From Candidatus Latescibacterota bacterium (GTDB taxonomy: Bacteria; Latescibacterota; UBA2968; UBA8231): a stretch of DNA of 64,000 nucleotides. Positions 9,394 through 18,643 of the stretch are shown here, piece by piece. The notes below the pieces were generated by a model. It was not told the DNA's origin and did no database searches. It saw nothing but the letters and a program-made list of their open reading frames with translations. The stretch lies in assembly GCA_965203355.1 (NCBI GenBank), contig OZ241889.1, positions 2,624,001-2,688,000 of the forward strand, in the 5' to 3' direction. The position numbers were made by a program, and so were the translations under genes. Numbering within the stretch: position 1 is the first letter of the stretch; every line of letters begins with the position of its first letter.

Positions 9394-10537
9394 GGTGTAC
9401 CACCTGACGAATGTCCACAGCCCGTTTGACGTGCGGATTTTTTACAAGCAAGCGCAGACTTTGGCGCGGGCCGGCTACGCGGTGACGGTGGTGGGGCCCG
9501 GGCCGGAAGCGTGGTGCGGGGTGCGGGCCGGAGTGCGCGTGCAAACCGTGCCGGTGGCGCACGGGGCTGGCCAGCGGTTTGTGAACTTGTGGCGCTTGCT
9601 GCGCGTTGGGCTAGGGGCAAAAGCCGCTTGTTTCCACTTCCACGACCCCGAGCTGTTGCCGGTGGGGGCGGTGCTCAAGCTCTGCGGCCGCCGAGTCATC
9701 TACGACGTACACGAGCATTTCCCCCTGGTGGCGATGGTGCGACCCTGGGTGCCTGAGCGGCTGCGGCGGCCCCTCGCCCGGTTGGTCGATTGGGGCGAAC
9801 GCTTGCTTGCACGCTACTTTGTCACGGCTGTGGTCGGCGTGGTTGAAGAGCAAGGCGACCGCTTTGCCAGCCGTCCTTTTGCGGTAGTGAAAAACTACCC
9901 GCGCTTGGAGTGGTTTTCCCCCGGCGGCGAGGTCGGTCCTTGCTCCTTGGTCCACATTGGCTCGCTGTCTGAAGACCGGGGGGGGCTGTTCTTGCTCGAA
10001 ATTATGCGCGAGTTGGCCCAGATCTATCCGCAGGCCCGCCTCTTGAGCATCGGGGCGTTTCACTCGCCGGAGTTGCGGGAGCGGTTCGAGGCCCGGCGGC
10101 ACGCGTGGGGGCTGGAAGAGCAGGTCCACCACAGTGAAAAGCGCGTACCATACGACGAATTGGGAGCCGCGATCGCGGCGTGTCAGATCGGTTTGATTCC
10201 AGGGCAGATCTCGCCCAAGAATTTGGCCTCTTTCGCGCCGACTAAACTCTTTGAGTACCTCGCCTGCGGCTTACCCGTAGTCGCCAGTGATTTACCCTCC
10301 ATCCGCAGGTTTCTCGCGGTCGCGGATTGGGGACTGCTCGCCGACCCGCGCGACCCAGCCGCCCATGCGTGCGCCATCCGGTGCTTGCTCGCCGACCCGG
10401 TGGCCGCGCAGGCCAAGGCCGCGCAAGCGCGCCGCGCCGCCGAAGCGCATTTTAACTGGGAGGCCGAGGGCGAGAAACTGTTGGCATTCTACGAGCGGAT
10501 TGTACCGCGGAAAGGAGTTGGGCCATGCGTTGGTTAG
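9380..10537 (+). CDS. Glycosyltransferase family 4
   Basis: TTG start after GGGAGG; H..FDVRIF, HFHDPEL, YDVHE, PTKLFEYLACGLPVVASD. Confidence 0.9.
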   Translation: MAAPEVYHLTNVHSPFDVRIFYKQAQTLARAGYAVTVVGPGPEAWCGVRAGVRVQTVPVAHGAGQRFVNLWRLLRVGLGAKAACFHFHDPELLPVGAVLKLCGRRVIYDVHEHFPLVAMVRPWVPERLRRPLARLVDWGERLLARYFVTAVVGVVEEQGDRFASRPFAVVKNYPRLEWFSPGGEVGPCSLVHIGSLSEDRGGLFLLEIMRELAQIYPQARLLSIGAFHSPELRERFEARRHAWGLEEQVHHSEKRVPYDELGAAIAACQIGLIPGQISPKNLASFAPTKLFEYLACGLPVVASDLPSIRRFLAVADWGLLADPRDPAAHACAIRCLLADPVAAQAKAAQARRAAEAHFNWEAEGEKLLAFYERIVPRKGVGPCVG

Positions 10538-11337
10538 CCATGGGTTTGTTGGCCTGGTGTTGGGCCGGTGCGGTCTGGGCCGGGGCTTGGAGCCAGCCGC
10601 GTGGGGGGTTCTACGCCAAGCTCTCGGGCATCCACTACTCGACCACTGAAGTGTTTAACGACATGGGCAAACGCGCCGCCATGGGCATGGACGATAATCA
10701 ATTCCGCGCCCGCCAAGTTCTGGCCTACGGCGAGTACGGGTTGCTCGAGCGGTTGACGTTGACCGGGCAAGTCGGGGCGGGGCGGCTGGTGTCTGAGGAT
10801 ACCTTTGTCGAGCGCATCACTTGGGGGCTGGGCGACGTGCATTTCGGCGCGAAATACCAGATCACTAGGGGCCGGCTGGTGTTGTCGCCGCAGGTTGATG
10901 TCGCGTTCCCCAGCGGATACGACCGAACGTACGACCCGGCCCTGGGCACCGGTTATTCCGCCCAAGGGGCGCGGCTCTTGGCCGGGTTGTCGCTCTATCC
11001 GCTGCCGCTCTACGCAGGTGCCGAGATGGGATACAAGGTGCGCGGCGGTCCGTTTTCCAATCAGGTGTCCTACTTTGTCGAGTTGGGGGCTACGCCGCGT
11101 CCGTGGCTGTTCGCCAAGGGCTTTGTCTCCCAAGTGTACACGCGCGCGGCCGACTCGGAGGGTGGACAGGTGGGCGTAGTGCAGGTTTCCGAGGGCGATT
11201 TTGCCGAAGTAGGTGGCAATGTGGCCGTACAGGTGGCTGGCCCGCTGTGGATCGACTTGTTGTGGAAGTCGGTTTTCAGGGGCGAGAACATCGGAGCCGG
11301 GTCGTCGTTGGGCCTAGGGCTAGTCCTCATTCGCTAA
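10525..11337 (+). CDS. Secreted, probable outer-membrane beta-barrel protein (AWxQPxG family)
   Basis: Signal peptide, GAWSQPRGGFY, YGEYGL, GLGD..FGAKY, amphipathic strands. Confidence 0.65.
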   Translation: MRWLAMGLLAWCWAGAVWAGAWSQPRGGFYAKLSGIHYSTTEVFNDMGKRAAMGMDDNQFRARQVLAYGEYGLLERLTLTGQVGAGRLVSEDTFVERITWGLGDVHFGAKYQITRGRLVLSPQVDVAFPSGYDRTYDPALGTGYSAQGARLLAGLSLYPLPLYAGAEMGYKVRGGPFSNQVSYFVELGATPRPWLFAKGFVSQVYTRAADSEGGQVGVVQVSEGDFAEVGGNVAVQVAGPLWIDLLWKSVFRGENIGAGSSLGLGLVLIR

Positions 11338-11347
11338 GGGAAATGCC

Positions 11348-12496
11348 ATGAACAGATCAACTAGACGTCAGTTTCTCAAGTCGAGCGGGGCGGTCCTTGC
11401 CACCGCGATCTTCCCTACGTGGGGTTGCGACGGTAATGAAGTGCGCTTCAAGCGCATGCCCACCGGGCCGGATATGGACGTTATGGACGATCTAGCCGAG
11501 GTACCCGCGGAAGAAGCACTACCGCTGCCGCCCATTACTTCTAATGCGCGGCACTACCTCCAGTCGATTAACGGGAAAAATTACGACCCCAAGGTCGCGG
11601 CCGATAGCTGGCGCTTGGCGGTGAATGGGTTGGTGGACCAGCCTCGGGCGGATTGGACCTATGCGGATATTACCGCGCTGCCCATGCAGCGGCAGGTCTT
11701 GACCATGCAGTGCATTGGCAACTGGATCGGCGGCCCCTTGGTGGGCAATGCCGAATGGGGCGGTACGCCGCTGTCCGAGGTTCTCGACCTAGCCGGGATC
11801 CAGAGCGCGGCCATCCGGGTCAAGTTTTACAGCGTCGATGGCTATACTACGTCGATTCCGCTGGATCGCGCACTCCGCGACGAGGTGATCCTCGCTTGGG
11901 AGATGAACGGGGAGCCGCTGCCTTCCAAGCACGGATTTCCCCTGCGTTTGATAAATCCCGGGCACTACGGCCAGAAGATGCCCAAGTGGATTACGCGCAT
12001 TGAGCTGATTGACGAGGTTTATCTCGGCTATTGGGAAAGCAAGCCCGAAAACAAGCCTTTCAAGTGGTCGGACGAGGCCGTGGCAACCGTGAACTCGCGG
12101 ATTGACGCGCCCTTATCGGTGTGGGACGATGTAAAGGACCCGGCCAACGGCGGCGTTTCAGTGGTGTTGCAAACCCTGCGCGGGGCCGAAGGTCGGCCTT
12201 TTGTCATCCACGGCATTGCCATGGCCGGTGAGCGCACGATAGAATCGGTCGAGGTCAGCACCAACGGCGGGCGGTCTTGGGCTGAGGCGCAGATTACCAC
12301 GCAGCGGTTGCCCAACATTTGGGTCACGTGGGCTTACGAATGGAAATTGCCCGCGGCGGGCGAGTACGAGATCGTCGTGCGGGCAACGGATAGTGCGGGC
12401 GATCGGCAGCCGAGGACCGACGCGGGTGCCGATCTGTACGATGGCCGCACCGGCTGGCATCGCGTCCGGGTGAAAGTCGCCACTAGAGCCGGGTGA
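11348..12496 (+). CDS. Sulfite-oxidase family molybdopterin oxidoreductase, Tat-exported, possible lipoprotein
   Basis: TRRQFLK Tat motif, WGC lipobox-like site, MQCIGN Mo-Cys, NGEPLPSKHGFPLRL, KMPKW, C-terminal dimerisation domain (VEVSTNGGRSW, VRATD). Confidence 0.9.
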   Translation: MNRSTRRQFLKSSGAVLATAIFPTWGCDGNEVRFKRMPTGPDMDVMDDLAEVPAEEALPLPPITSNARHYLQSINGKNYDPKVAADSWRLAVNGLVDQPRADWTYADITALPMQRQVLTMQCIGNWIGGPLVGNAEWGGTPLSEVLDLAGIQSAAIRVKFYSVDGYTTSIPLDRALRDEVILAWEMNGEPLPSKHGFPLRLINPGHYGQKMPKWITRIELIDEVYLGYWESKPENKPFKWSDEAVATVNSRIDAPLSVWDDVKDPANGGVSVVLQTLRGAEGRPFVIHGIAMAGERTIESVEVSTNGGRSWAEAQITTQRLPNIWVTWAYEWKLPAAGEYEIVVRATDSAGDRQPRTDAGADLYDGRTGWHRVRVKVATRAG

Positions 12497-12505
12497 GTGG
12501 CGCGT

Positions 12506-12793
12506 TTATTCCGGGGGGAACCAGTCTTGTATCTTGTCGCAGATCGCGTGCGCTTGCTCGGTGCTTGATATGTCGAATTTGCTGCGTTGCAGAAAAGTGC
12601 CATCGCGCTTTTGGTAACGGCGAATGGATATTTTTTGCGGGCCGTACTCGCCGGTTTTGCGGTCGAGGTCTTGGTAGAGGAACATAATCGTCGCCCAAGC
12701 TCCCTTGCTGAGCACTTCTTTGGCTACTTCTTTGCGCAAGGTTTTGCCGTCTTCTTCGTAGTGGATGGTGAGTTCGTCAATCGTCTCGGCCAT
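12506..12793 (-). CDS. Conserved small hypothetical protein
   Basis: 95-aa ORF with protein-like composition (KEVLSKGAWATIMFLYQD...IRRYQK...SKF). Confidence 0.7.
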   Translation of the reverse strand: MAETIDELTIHYEEDGKTLRKEVAKEVLSKGAWATIMFLYQDLDRKTGEYGPQKISIRRYQKRDGTFLQRSKFDISSTEQAHAICDKIQDWFPPE

Positions 12794-12873
12794 GGTTAAA
12801 CCTTGTTTTGGGTTAAAGGTTGGTGTGCGTGTGTTAGCGGTTGATAGGCAAAAGTGGTCTGATTATCGGAGCA

Positions 12874-12978
12874 TCATCCCGTTTTGAGATTGCCGACAAT
12901 ACGAGCAATGTTCTCTGGATCGTGACTGTCTATTAATGGTTTTTTATCGCCAAACAACCAACGCCGAAAATGAGACAT
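12874..12978 (-). pseudogene. Short 34-aa ORF, possible truncated gene of the AT-rich islet
   Basis: GAAAGGA RBS then MSHFRRWLFGDKKPLIDSHDPENIARIVGNLKTG*. Confidence 0.3.
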
Positions 12979-13035
12979 TTCCTTTCAGGCCAATTGATCC
13001 AATGTGTTGTGTTTGATTGGTAAGATAAACGCTTA

Positions 13036-14034
13036 TCAAGAATTCTCGATAAGCGGCAGGTCGCAAACAACGTCAATCCGGTCAATTCTGCATGGCTCAT
13101 CTTCTTGGAGTCTGAGCCAGAAAACGTTTTCGTAACCCTCATCGATTGCCGCTAACTCTAAGTACGTCCGCCACAATAATCCTGCGTCAGTGTGATAGAG
13201 CCATGATGTGCCAAGTTCATATAGAAATTGAGCCTTTTGATTTGCACTTTGCTCTTCCTCTGAGAATAGCTCAGAATGATGTACTGGAAGTGAATCATCG
13301 AAGTCCATCCAACCTGCTTCTTCAGTACTGTCAGCAGGAATGTGCATTGTTGCTTTAACACAAGTTTTAAGGCTATCCCAAATTAAAAAATAATCCTCAA
13401 TAGGATCTACAGTAATAATGCGTTCCGGATCTCCTCCCAAGAAAGCGTTGTGTTTTCGAGCAACCAATTTACGAACCTCGTAAGTAAGGCCCCATATATT
13501 TTGCAGGCGATCTCGGACATCGCTGGAAAGCTGAAAGTCAAAATTGAGCAGAAGGGGCAAGGGCGACGATTCAAAAAGTTTGTTAATATCCCTTTCAAGA
13601 CATGAAAGAGCACTCAGATCGACCCCGTCCTTAGATATCGCTTTTTGGAGTGCATATTTTAATGCCTCCCGAAGATTGTTTTCAGCAACTTGCATATCTA
13701 TGCGCTCAACCTTTTCTCTGATATAATCAATTTTATGCTCAATACGGCTTACCGTTTCTTGTAGTATGTCCATTTTATCGTGAAGGGCACGGACTTGGTA
13801 CGCGATGTACCCAGAAACCGCCAGATTCAAAAAGGAAGAGATGAGATTGACCCCACTCAGGCCGACGGATAGGCCCGATGCACCCGCCCCGGTAAAAGAA
13901 GCGACTGAGGGGCTATCTGGCGGTAAGTAGGCAATGTTACTCGGGTTAAAAATCGGCCCGTTTTGCCCCATCACTTGATAAGCGAGTCGGCCGGACTGCC
14001 CCGGCCCTAATTGGTCAAAAGGTACTGTATTCAT
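13036..14034 (-). CDS. AT-rich hypothetical protein with Gly-rich hydrophobic segment and coiled coil
   Basis: 332-aa ORF, GAGG RBS, codon usage unlike flanks. Confidence 0.7.
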   Translation of the reverse strand: MNTVPFDQLGPGQSGRLAYQVMGQNGPIFNPSNIAYLPPDSPSVASFTGAGASGLSVGLSGVNLISSFLNLAVSGYIAYQVRALHDKMDILQETVSRIEHKIDYIREKVERIDMQVAENNLREALKYALQKAISKDGVDLSALSCLERDINKLFESSPLPLLLNFDFQLSSDVRDRLQNIWGLTYEVRKLVARKHNAFLGGDPERIITVDPIEDYFLIWDSLKTCVKATMHIPADSTEEAGWMDFDDSLPVHHSELFSEEEQSANQKAQFLYELGTSWLYHTDAGLLWRTYLELAAIDEGYENVFWLRLQEDEPCRIDRIDVVCDLPLIENS

Positions 14035-14118
14035 TAGCTTTTCCTCGCAGTTAAATGTGATTGATCGTCAGACAAACATACGCAGAATAAAGCTAAAAGA
14101 CAACGCCAAGAGCCGCTT

Positions 14119-17100
14119 ATGAAGCTGGACATTCAGGATAAATTTCTACAACGCGAGGGACGGGTCTTTCTCACCGGCGTGGAGGCGATTGTGCGCCTCG
14201 TGCGCGAAAAACAGGAGCGCGACCAAGCCACCGGCCACGTCAACCAAACCTATTTCACCGGCTATGAGGGGTCGCCGCTGGGCGGGCTGGATATGAAGAT
14301 CGTCGCCCAACTCGAAATGCTCAACGAACTGGGCCGCACGGTGCATCAGTTTGGCATCAATGAGAAAACCGCGGCCTCGGCCATGTTGGGCAGTCAGTTT
14401 GCGGCGAGTGGGGATGTGGATGCCTTTTGGTACGGCAAGGCGCATGGCACGATGTGGATTCCCGACGAGGTGTGGTTGGCCAACCTCAGCGGCACGGGCG
14501 CACGCGGCGCGATGGTCTTGCTGTCGGGAGAAGATCACCGCTCCAAGAGCTCGGTCTCGCCTGGGGCCAGCGATTGGGTGTTGCGCAGTAGCATGGTGCC
14601 GATCTTTTATCCCGCTAGCGTTGAGGACGTCATTCGCTTGGGGCTGCATGCGGTGGCTCTGTCGCGCCACGCGGGCGTAGTAACCGCGCTCAAGCTGGCG
14701 ACGCCGGTGTGCGATGGAGCGAGCACGGTTGACTTGGCCTCGGTGCGGCCCGATATCGCCTTGCCCGAGCGCGCGTTTGTCAAGCGCTTCAACCAGATCG
14801 TCATGGCCACGGGCGCCTTGCCCATGCAGCGGCAACTCGTGGAGGAAAAGTGGCCGCTAGTGGAAGCATACATCCGCGCCAACGACCTCAACCGCATAGT
14901 GGATGCGGATGCGGGCGGTGGGGTTGGCATTGTGGCGGTGGGCAAAAGCTATGCGGACGTGCGGCAGGCCCTCGGCTATTTGGGGCTGCGCGTACCGGTG
15001 TTGCACCTCGCAGTGAGCTATCCGCTCGACTGCGAAATTGTGCGCACCTTCGCCCGTGGACTGCGGCACATCTACGTGGTCGAGGAGCCAGGCCCTTTTG
15101 TCGAAGAGGGCGTTAAAGCCGCGCTGTGGGGAACGGCGGTGGAGGCGGTGTACGGCCAGTGGGACGCGGACGGCCAGCCGCTGATCCCGGCGCATGGCGA
15201 AGTGGATCCCGAGGTCTTGGCGCTCAAGCTAGGTCCGCGTCTGGGGGCTGCCGCCGAGCGTCGCGCCGCGCTCCAGCGCGTACTCGACCGCCCCTATCCG
15301 GCGGTGCCCGGCGTCACGCCTATGTCCTGCGGCGGCTGTCCGTACAACAGCTTCCGCGACTTGCGCGAAAAGCCGGGAGGGGCCATTGGCTGCTCGTCCA
15401 TCCGGGCGATTGAGGCCTATGACTCGGGCGTCCTCTACATCCCCACGATGGGGGCTGGCGGCTCCATTTACAGCGGTTGGGCTCCCTTCAACGGCAATCA
15501 GCACATCTACCAATACTTGGGCGACGGAAGCTATTTCCACAGTGGCCGCGGCGCGATCCAAAGCTGCGTCCAAGGCGAGGTGAACATCACCTTTCTACTG
15601 CTTTTCAATGGCGCGGTCGCGCTCACGGGTGGGCAGATGCCCGGCGGGCAACGGCCGGTGTCGGATGTCGTGCAGGAGCTTTTGGGGTTGGGGGTCGTGA
15701 AGGTGGGGATCGTCAGCGAGGATCCCGCACGCTATCGCCATTTGGACGGGGAGCGGATCGAGGTGTTCGGCTTGGCGCGCCACGCCGCCGCCCTCGAGCA
15801 GTTTAAGCAGATTGCCGGGACGACCGTGCTCATCCTCGACAAGGAATGCGCGACCGAGAAGGGCCGCCGTCGCCGCCGTCAGGGTTTGACGCCCGACGAG
15901 TACGTGCTCATCGACGAGGCCATTTGCGAGGGCTGCGGCGACTGTTACGCCCAGTCCGAAGGCTGTGCCGCGCTCTACAGCGTGGCGACCGAGTTCGGCG
16001 ACAAGACGCAGGTGCGGCAGGCCCAGTGCGCCCAAGATGGACTGTGCATCGACGGCGAATGCCCTTCCTTTGCCGTGGTCAAGCCGGCCAAGGGCACGCG
16101 CCTGCGCCGCCGCCGTCCAGAGCCTTTGCCCGAGCTGCCCGAGCCGCCGGAGTCCCCGCTGGACCGACCATACGCGATCTTCGCCATGGGGCGCGGCGGG
16201 ACGGGCGTGGTGACGATTTCCCATCTCATTGCCTATGCGGCCATGATGGAGGGCAAATACGTGTATTTGTCCAACAACACCGGCTTGGCGCAAAAGGGCG
16301 GGCCGGTCGAAGCACCCATTGTGATCAGCGCGGCCGAGCAGCCGGTGTTCAACCGCCTGTTCCCCGGGGAGGTCGATCTGTACTTGGGGTTTGATCTGCT
16401 GCGGGCGGCCGAGCCGGACAACCTCAAATACGCCGCGCCCTGGCGCACTCGCGCCTTGGTCAGCACCACTGAAATCGCCACTGCGGCGATGAATCGCAAC
16501 CCGCGCACCCAGCCCTTTCCCGCCGCGGCCCAACTGTGCGCCTTGATCGACCGCTGCACGAGCAAAGACAACATCTACCTCGATACCTACTGGCTGGCCG
16601 AGCGGCTTTTTTCGGATGCGATTTTCGCCAACATGCTCCTGTTGGGCGCGGCGTATCAGGCCGGGGTGTTGCCGCTGCAAGCGGCCTCTATTGAACAGGC
16701 CATAAGGCTCAACGCGCAGGCCGTAGAAAACAATATCCAGGCTTTTCGCTGGGGGCGACTGGCCGTGGCCGATCCGGCGCGGGTGGAGCGGATGTTGGGG
16801 ACTCAGCAAGGGGCTGCGGACCAAGTGTTGGCCGAGGTAAAGGAGCGGCTGGTGCCCGACGCGGGTGCGCGGGCCCTGCTCGACGAGGGGTTGGCTGCGT
16901 TGGTGGATTTGAATGCGGAGGGGCAGAAGGAGTTGGGGGTGCGGCTGGCCGAACTGTGTGCGTATCAGGACGTCGCCTATGCTCGGCGCTACTTGGCGTT
17001 TGTGCGCCGAGTGGGGGAAGCGGATCGGCGCTTGTCGCACGGCTTGCAGTTCACGCGGGCCGTGGTGCGGGGTCTGTACAAGCTAATGGCGTACAAGGAC

Positions 17101-17544
17101 GAATACGAGGTTGCGCGGTTGGCCACGCGCCATGGCAGCGAAGAGCGGATGCGTGCCCGGTTCGACGGTGCGGTGGAAATCGTCCGGCAGCTACACCCGC
17201 CCACGCTGCGGCGCTTGTTTAAGGGCAAGATCGGCTTCGGGCGCAAGTTGCGTCCGGCGTTGGTCCTGCTGAGCCGGCTGAAGGGGTTGCGCGGTACGGC
17301 CTTCGACCTCTTCGGGCACACGGCAGCGCGGCGTTTGGAGCGCGAACTGATTGGTTGGTACTGCGGGTTGATCGAAGAAATTTTGCCAGCACTAACCGAA
17401 GAAAGCTATGGGCTGGCCGTGGAAATCGCCGAATTGCCAGACGGCATTCGCGGGTACGAGCAGGTAAAAGAGGCGTCGGCTATTCAAGCTAAGCAGCAGG
17501 CGGAGCGCTTGTTGACGGAGTTGCGCGCTCAGGGCGCTTCTTAG
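14119..17544 (+). CDS. Indolepyruvate ferredoxin oxidoreductase family, fused alpha-beta
   Basis: GYEGSPLGG, GINEKTAA, CGGCP, GDGSYFHSG TPP motif, CEGCGDC ferredoxin, GGTGVVT, GLAQKGG, YKLMAYKDEYEVARL. Confidence 0.93.
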   Translation: MKLDIQDKFLQREGRVFLTGVEAIVRLVREKQERDQATGHVNQTYFTGYEGSPLGGLDMKIVAQLEMLNELGRTVHQFGINEKTAASAMLGSQFAASGDVDAFWYGKAHGTMWIPDEVWLANLSGTGARGAMVLLSGEDHRSKSSVSPGASDWVLRSSMVPIFYPASVEDVIRLGLHAVALSRHAGVVTALKLATPVCDGASTVDLASVRPDIALPERAFVKRFNQIVMATGALPMQRQLVEEKWPLVEAYIRANDLNRIVDADAGGGVGIVAVGKSYADVRQALGYLGLRVPVLHLAVSYPLDCEIVRTFARGLRHIYVVEEPGPFVEEGVKAALWGTAVEAVYGQWDADGQPLIPAHGEVDPEVLALKLGPRLGAAAERRAALQRVLDRPYPAVPGVTPMSCGGCPYNSFRDLREKPGGAIGCSSIRAIEAYDSGVLYIPTMGAGGSIYSGWAPFNGNQHIYQYLGDGSYFHSGRGAIQSCVQGEVNITFLLLFNGAVALTGGQMPGGQRPVSDVVQELLGLGVVKVGIVSEDPARYRHLDGERIEVFGLARHAAALEQFKQIAGTTVLILDKECATEKGRRRRRQGLTPDEYVLIDEAICEGCGDCYAQSEGCAALYSVATEFGDKTQVRQAQCAQDGLCIDGECPSFAVVKPAKGTRLRRRRPEPLPELPEPPESPLDRPYAIFAMGRGGTGVVTISHLIAYAAMMEGKYVYLSNNTGLAQKGGPVEAPIVISAAEQPVFNRLFPGEVDLYLGFDLLRAAEPDNLKYAAPWRTRALVSTTEIATAAMNRNPRTQPFPAAAQLCALIDRCTSKDNIYLDTYWLAERLFSDAIFANMLLLGAAYQAGVLPLQAASIEQAIRLNAQAVENNIQAFRWGRLAVADPARVERMLGTQQGAADQVLAEVKERLVPDAGARALLDEGLAALVDLNAEGQKELGVRLAELCAYQDVAYARRYLAFVRRVGEADRRLSHGLQFTRAVVRGLYKLMAYKDEYEVARLATRHGSEERMRARFDGAVEIVRQLHPPTLRRLFKGKIGFGRKLRPALVLLSRLKGLRGTAFDLFGHTAARRLERELIGWYCGLIEEILPALTEESYGLAVEIAELPDGIRGYEQVKEASAIQAKQQAERLLTELRAQGAS

Positions 17545-17699
17545 ACAACGAAAAGGAGCATCAGGGTTCGCGATGCGATTTATTCTGCTATTCATCCACT
17601 ACATCACCCTGTTGGTCGCTGGAAAATAGATACTCGGCTGGCTGTGCTCTGCGGTCGTGCACGGTCGCGTTGGCATAGTGTCGCTACGACCACTGATCG

Positions 17700-18242
17700 C
17701 TAGTATAAAGCTCCATACTGACGCAACATCTTCGTCATCTTGCTGTTGTACCTCGCGGAGCGTAACGGCGTTCCGCCGTGGTTGGCTCTGGCGTTTGGGT
17801 CTGCGCCATGCTCAAGCAACATCTTTGCGGTCTTGATGGCTTTAACCACTATTGCGGTGTATAACGGCGTCCAGCCGTCGTCGTTTTTGGCGTTTGGGTC
17901 TGCGCCATGCTCAAGCAACACCTTCGCGGTCTTGGTGGCGTTCTCAAGTGCTGCGTAGTGTAACGGCGTCCGGCCGTCGTCGGCTGTGGCGTTTACGTCT
18001 GCGTCATGCTCAAGCAACACCTTCGCGGTCTTGATGGCGTTGTTCACTGCTGCCCGGTGTAATGGCGTTATGCCGTTGTTGGTTTGAGCGTTTGGGTCTG
18101 CTCCAAATACAAGCAAGACCTTCGCGGTTGTGCTGGCGTCGTTCTCTGCTGCCCGGTGTAACCGTGTCTTGCCGTCGTTGTCTTGGGCGTTACATCCTAT
18201 GCTTCCGACAATCAACGTTGCGATTAGTAGGCTTCTGCTCAT
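17700..18242 (-). CDS. Ankyrin-repeat protein, probable lipoprotein
   Basis: Four to five 33-aa repeats G-x-TPLH-x-AA...AKVLLEHGADPNA; signal peptide ending SIGC; GAAGGAG RBS. Confidence 0.93.
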   Translation of the reverse strand: MSRSLLIATLIVGSIGCNAQDNDGKTRLHRAAENDASTTAKVLLVFGADPNAQTNNGITPLHRAAVNNAIKTAKVLLEHDADVNATADDGRTPLHYAALENATKTAKVLLEHGADPNAKNDDGWTPLYTAIVVKAIKTAKMLLEHGADPNARANHGGTPLRSARYNSKMTKMLRQYGALY

Positions 18243-18530
18243 GCCTTCGTCTCCTTCGGTTGTTGGTGTCCAGCTATCCGCAAGCTGGTTGCCAGCTTCA
18301 AGCTGCCTTCGGTGCTGGCTGTCAATGTCCAGTTATCCGCTCGGCCTTCGTCCGGCGGTGCTGGCTGTCGATGCTGTGCCAGCTACTCCGGCCTTTGCCG
18401 GCGTCCTTCTGAAAGGCACCTTCTTCATTAAGTGCCTAGCTTGTCTCGCCTCTCTGGGTTTGCAAGTCCTCACTCGTTACCATCCCTCTGGTAGTGATGC
18501 CTTGCTACTTCTAAAAGCGAGACATACGGC

Positions 18531-18608
18531 CTTTAGGCCGATGCGCGTACGCGCAAATGTCGTCTCTCGCTTTAGGCCGATGCGCGTACGCGCAAATGTC
18601 GTCTCTCG
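18531..18608. repeat. Perfect 39-bp tandem duplication, each unit containing the 14-bp palindrome TGCGCGTACGCGCA
   Basis: CTTTAGGCCGATGCGCGTACGCGCAAATGTCGTCTCTCG at 18531-18569 and 18570-18608. Confidence 0.95.
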
Positions 18609-18643
18609 GTGATTTACTATTTTTTCCGTCCTTTGTTTGCGTG

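Noticed and set aside
15595-17040. 481-aa antisense ORF, and similar long ones such as 61546-62778 and 56847-57740
   Set aside because: Shadow ORFs of high-GC coding genes, with no motifs
18531-18608. 39-bp palindromic repeats as a CRISPR array
   Set aside because: Only two directly adjacent copies, no spacer, no cas genes
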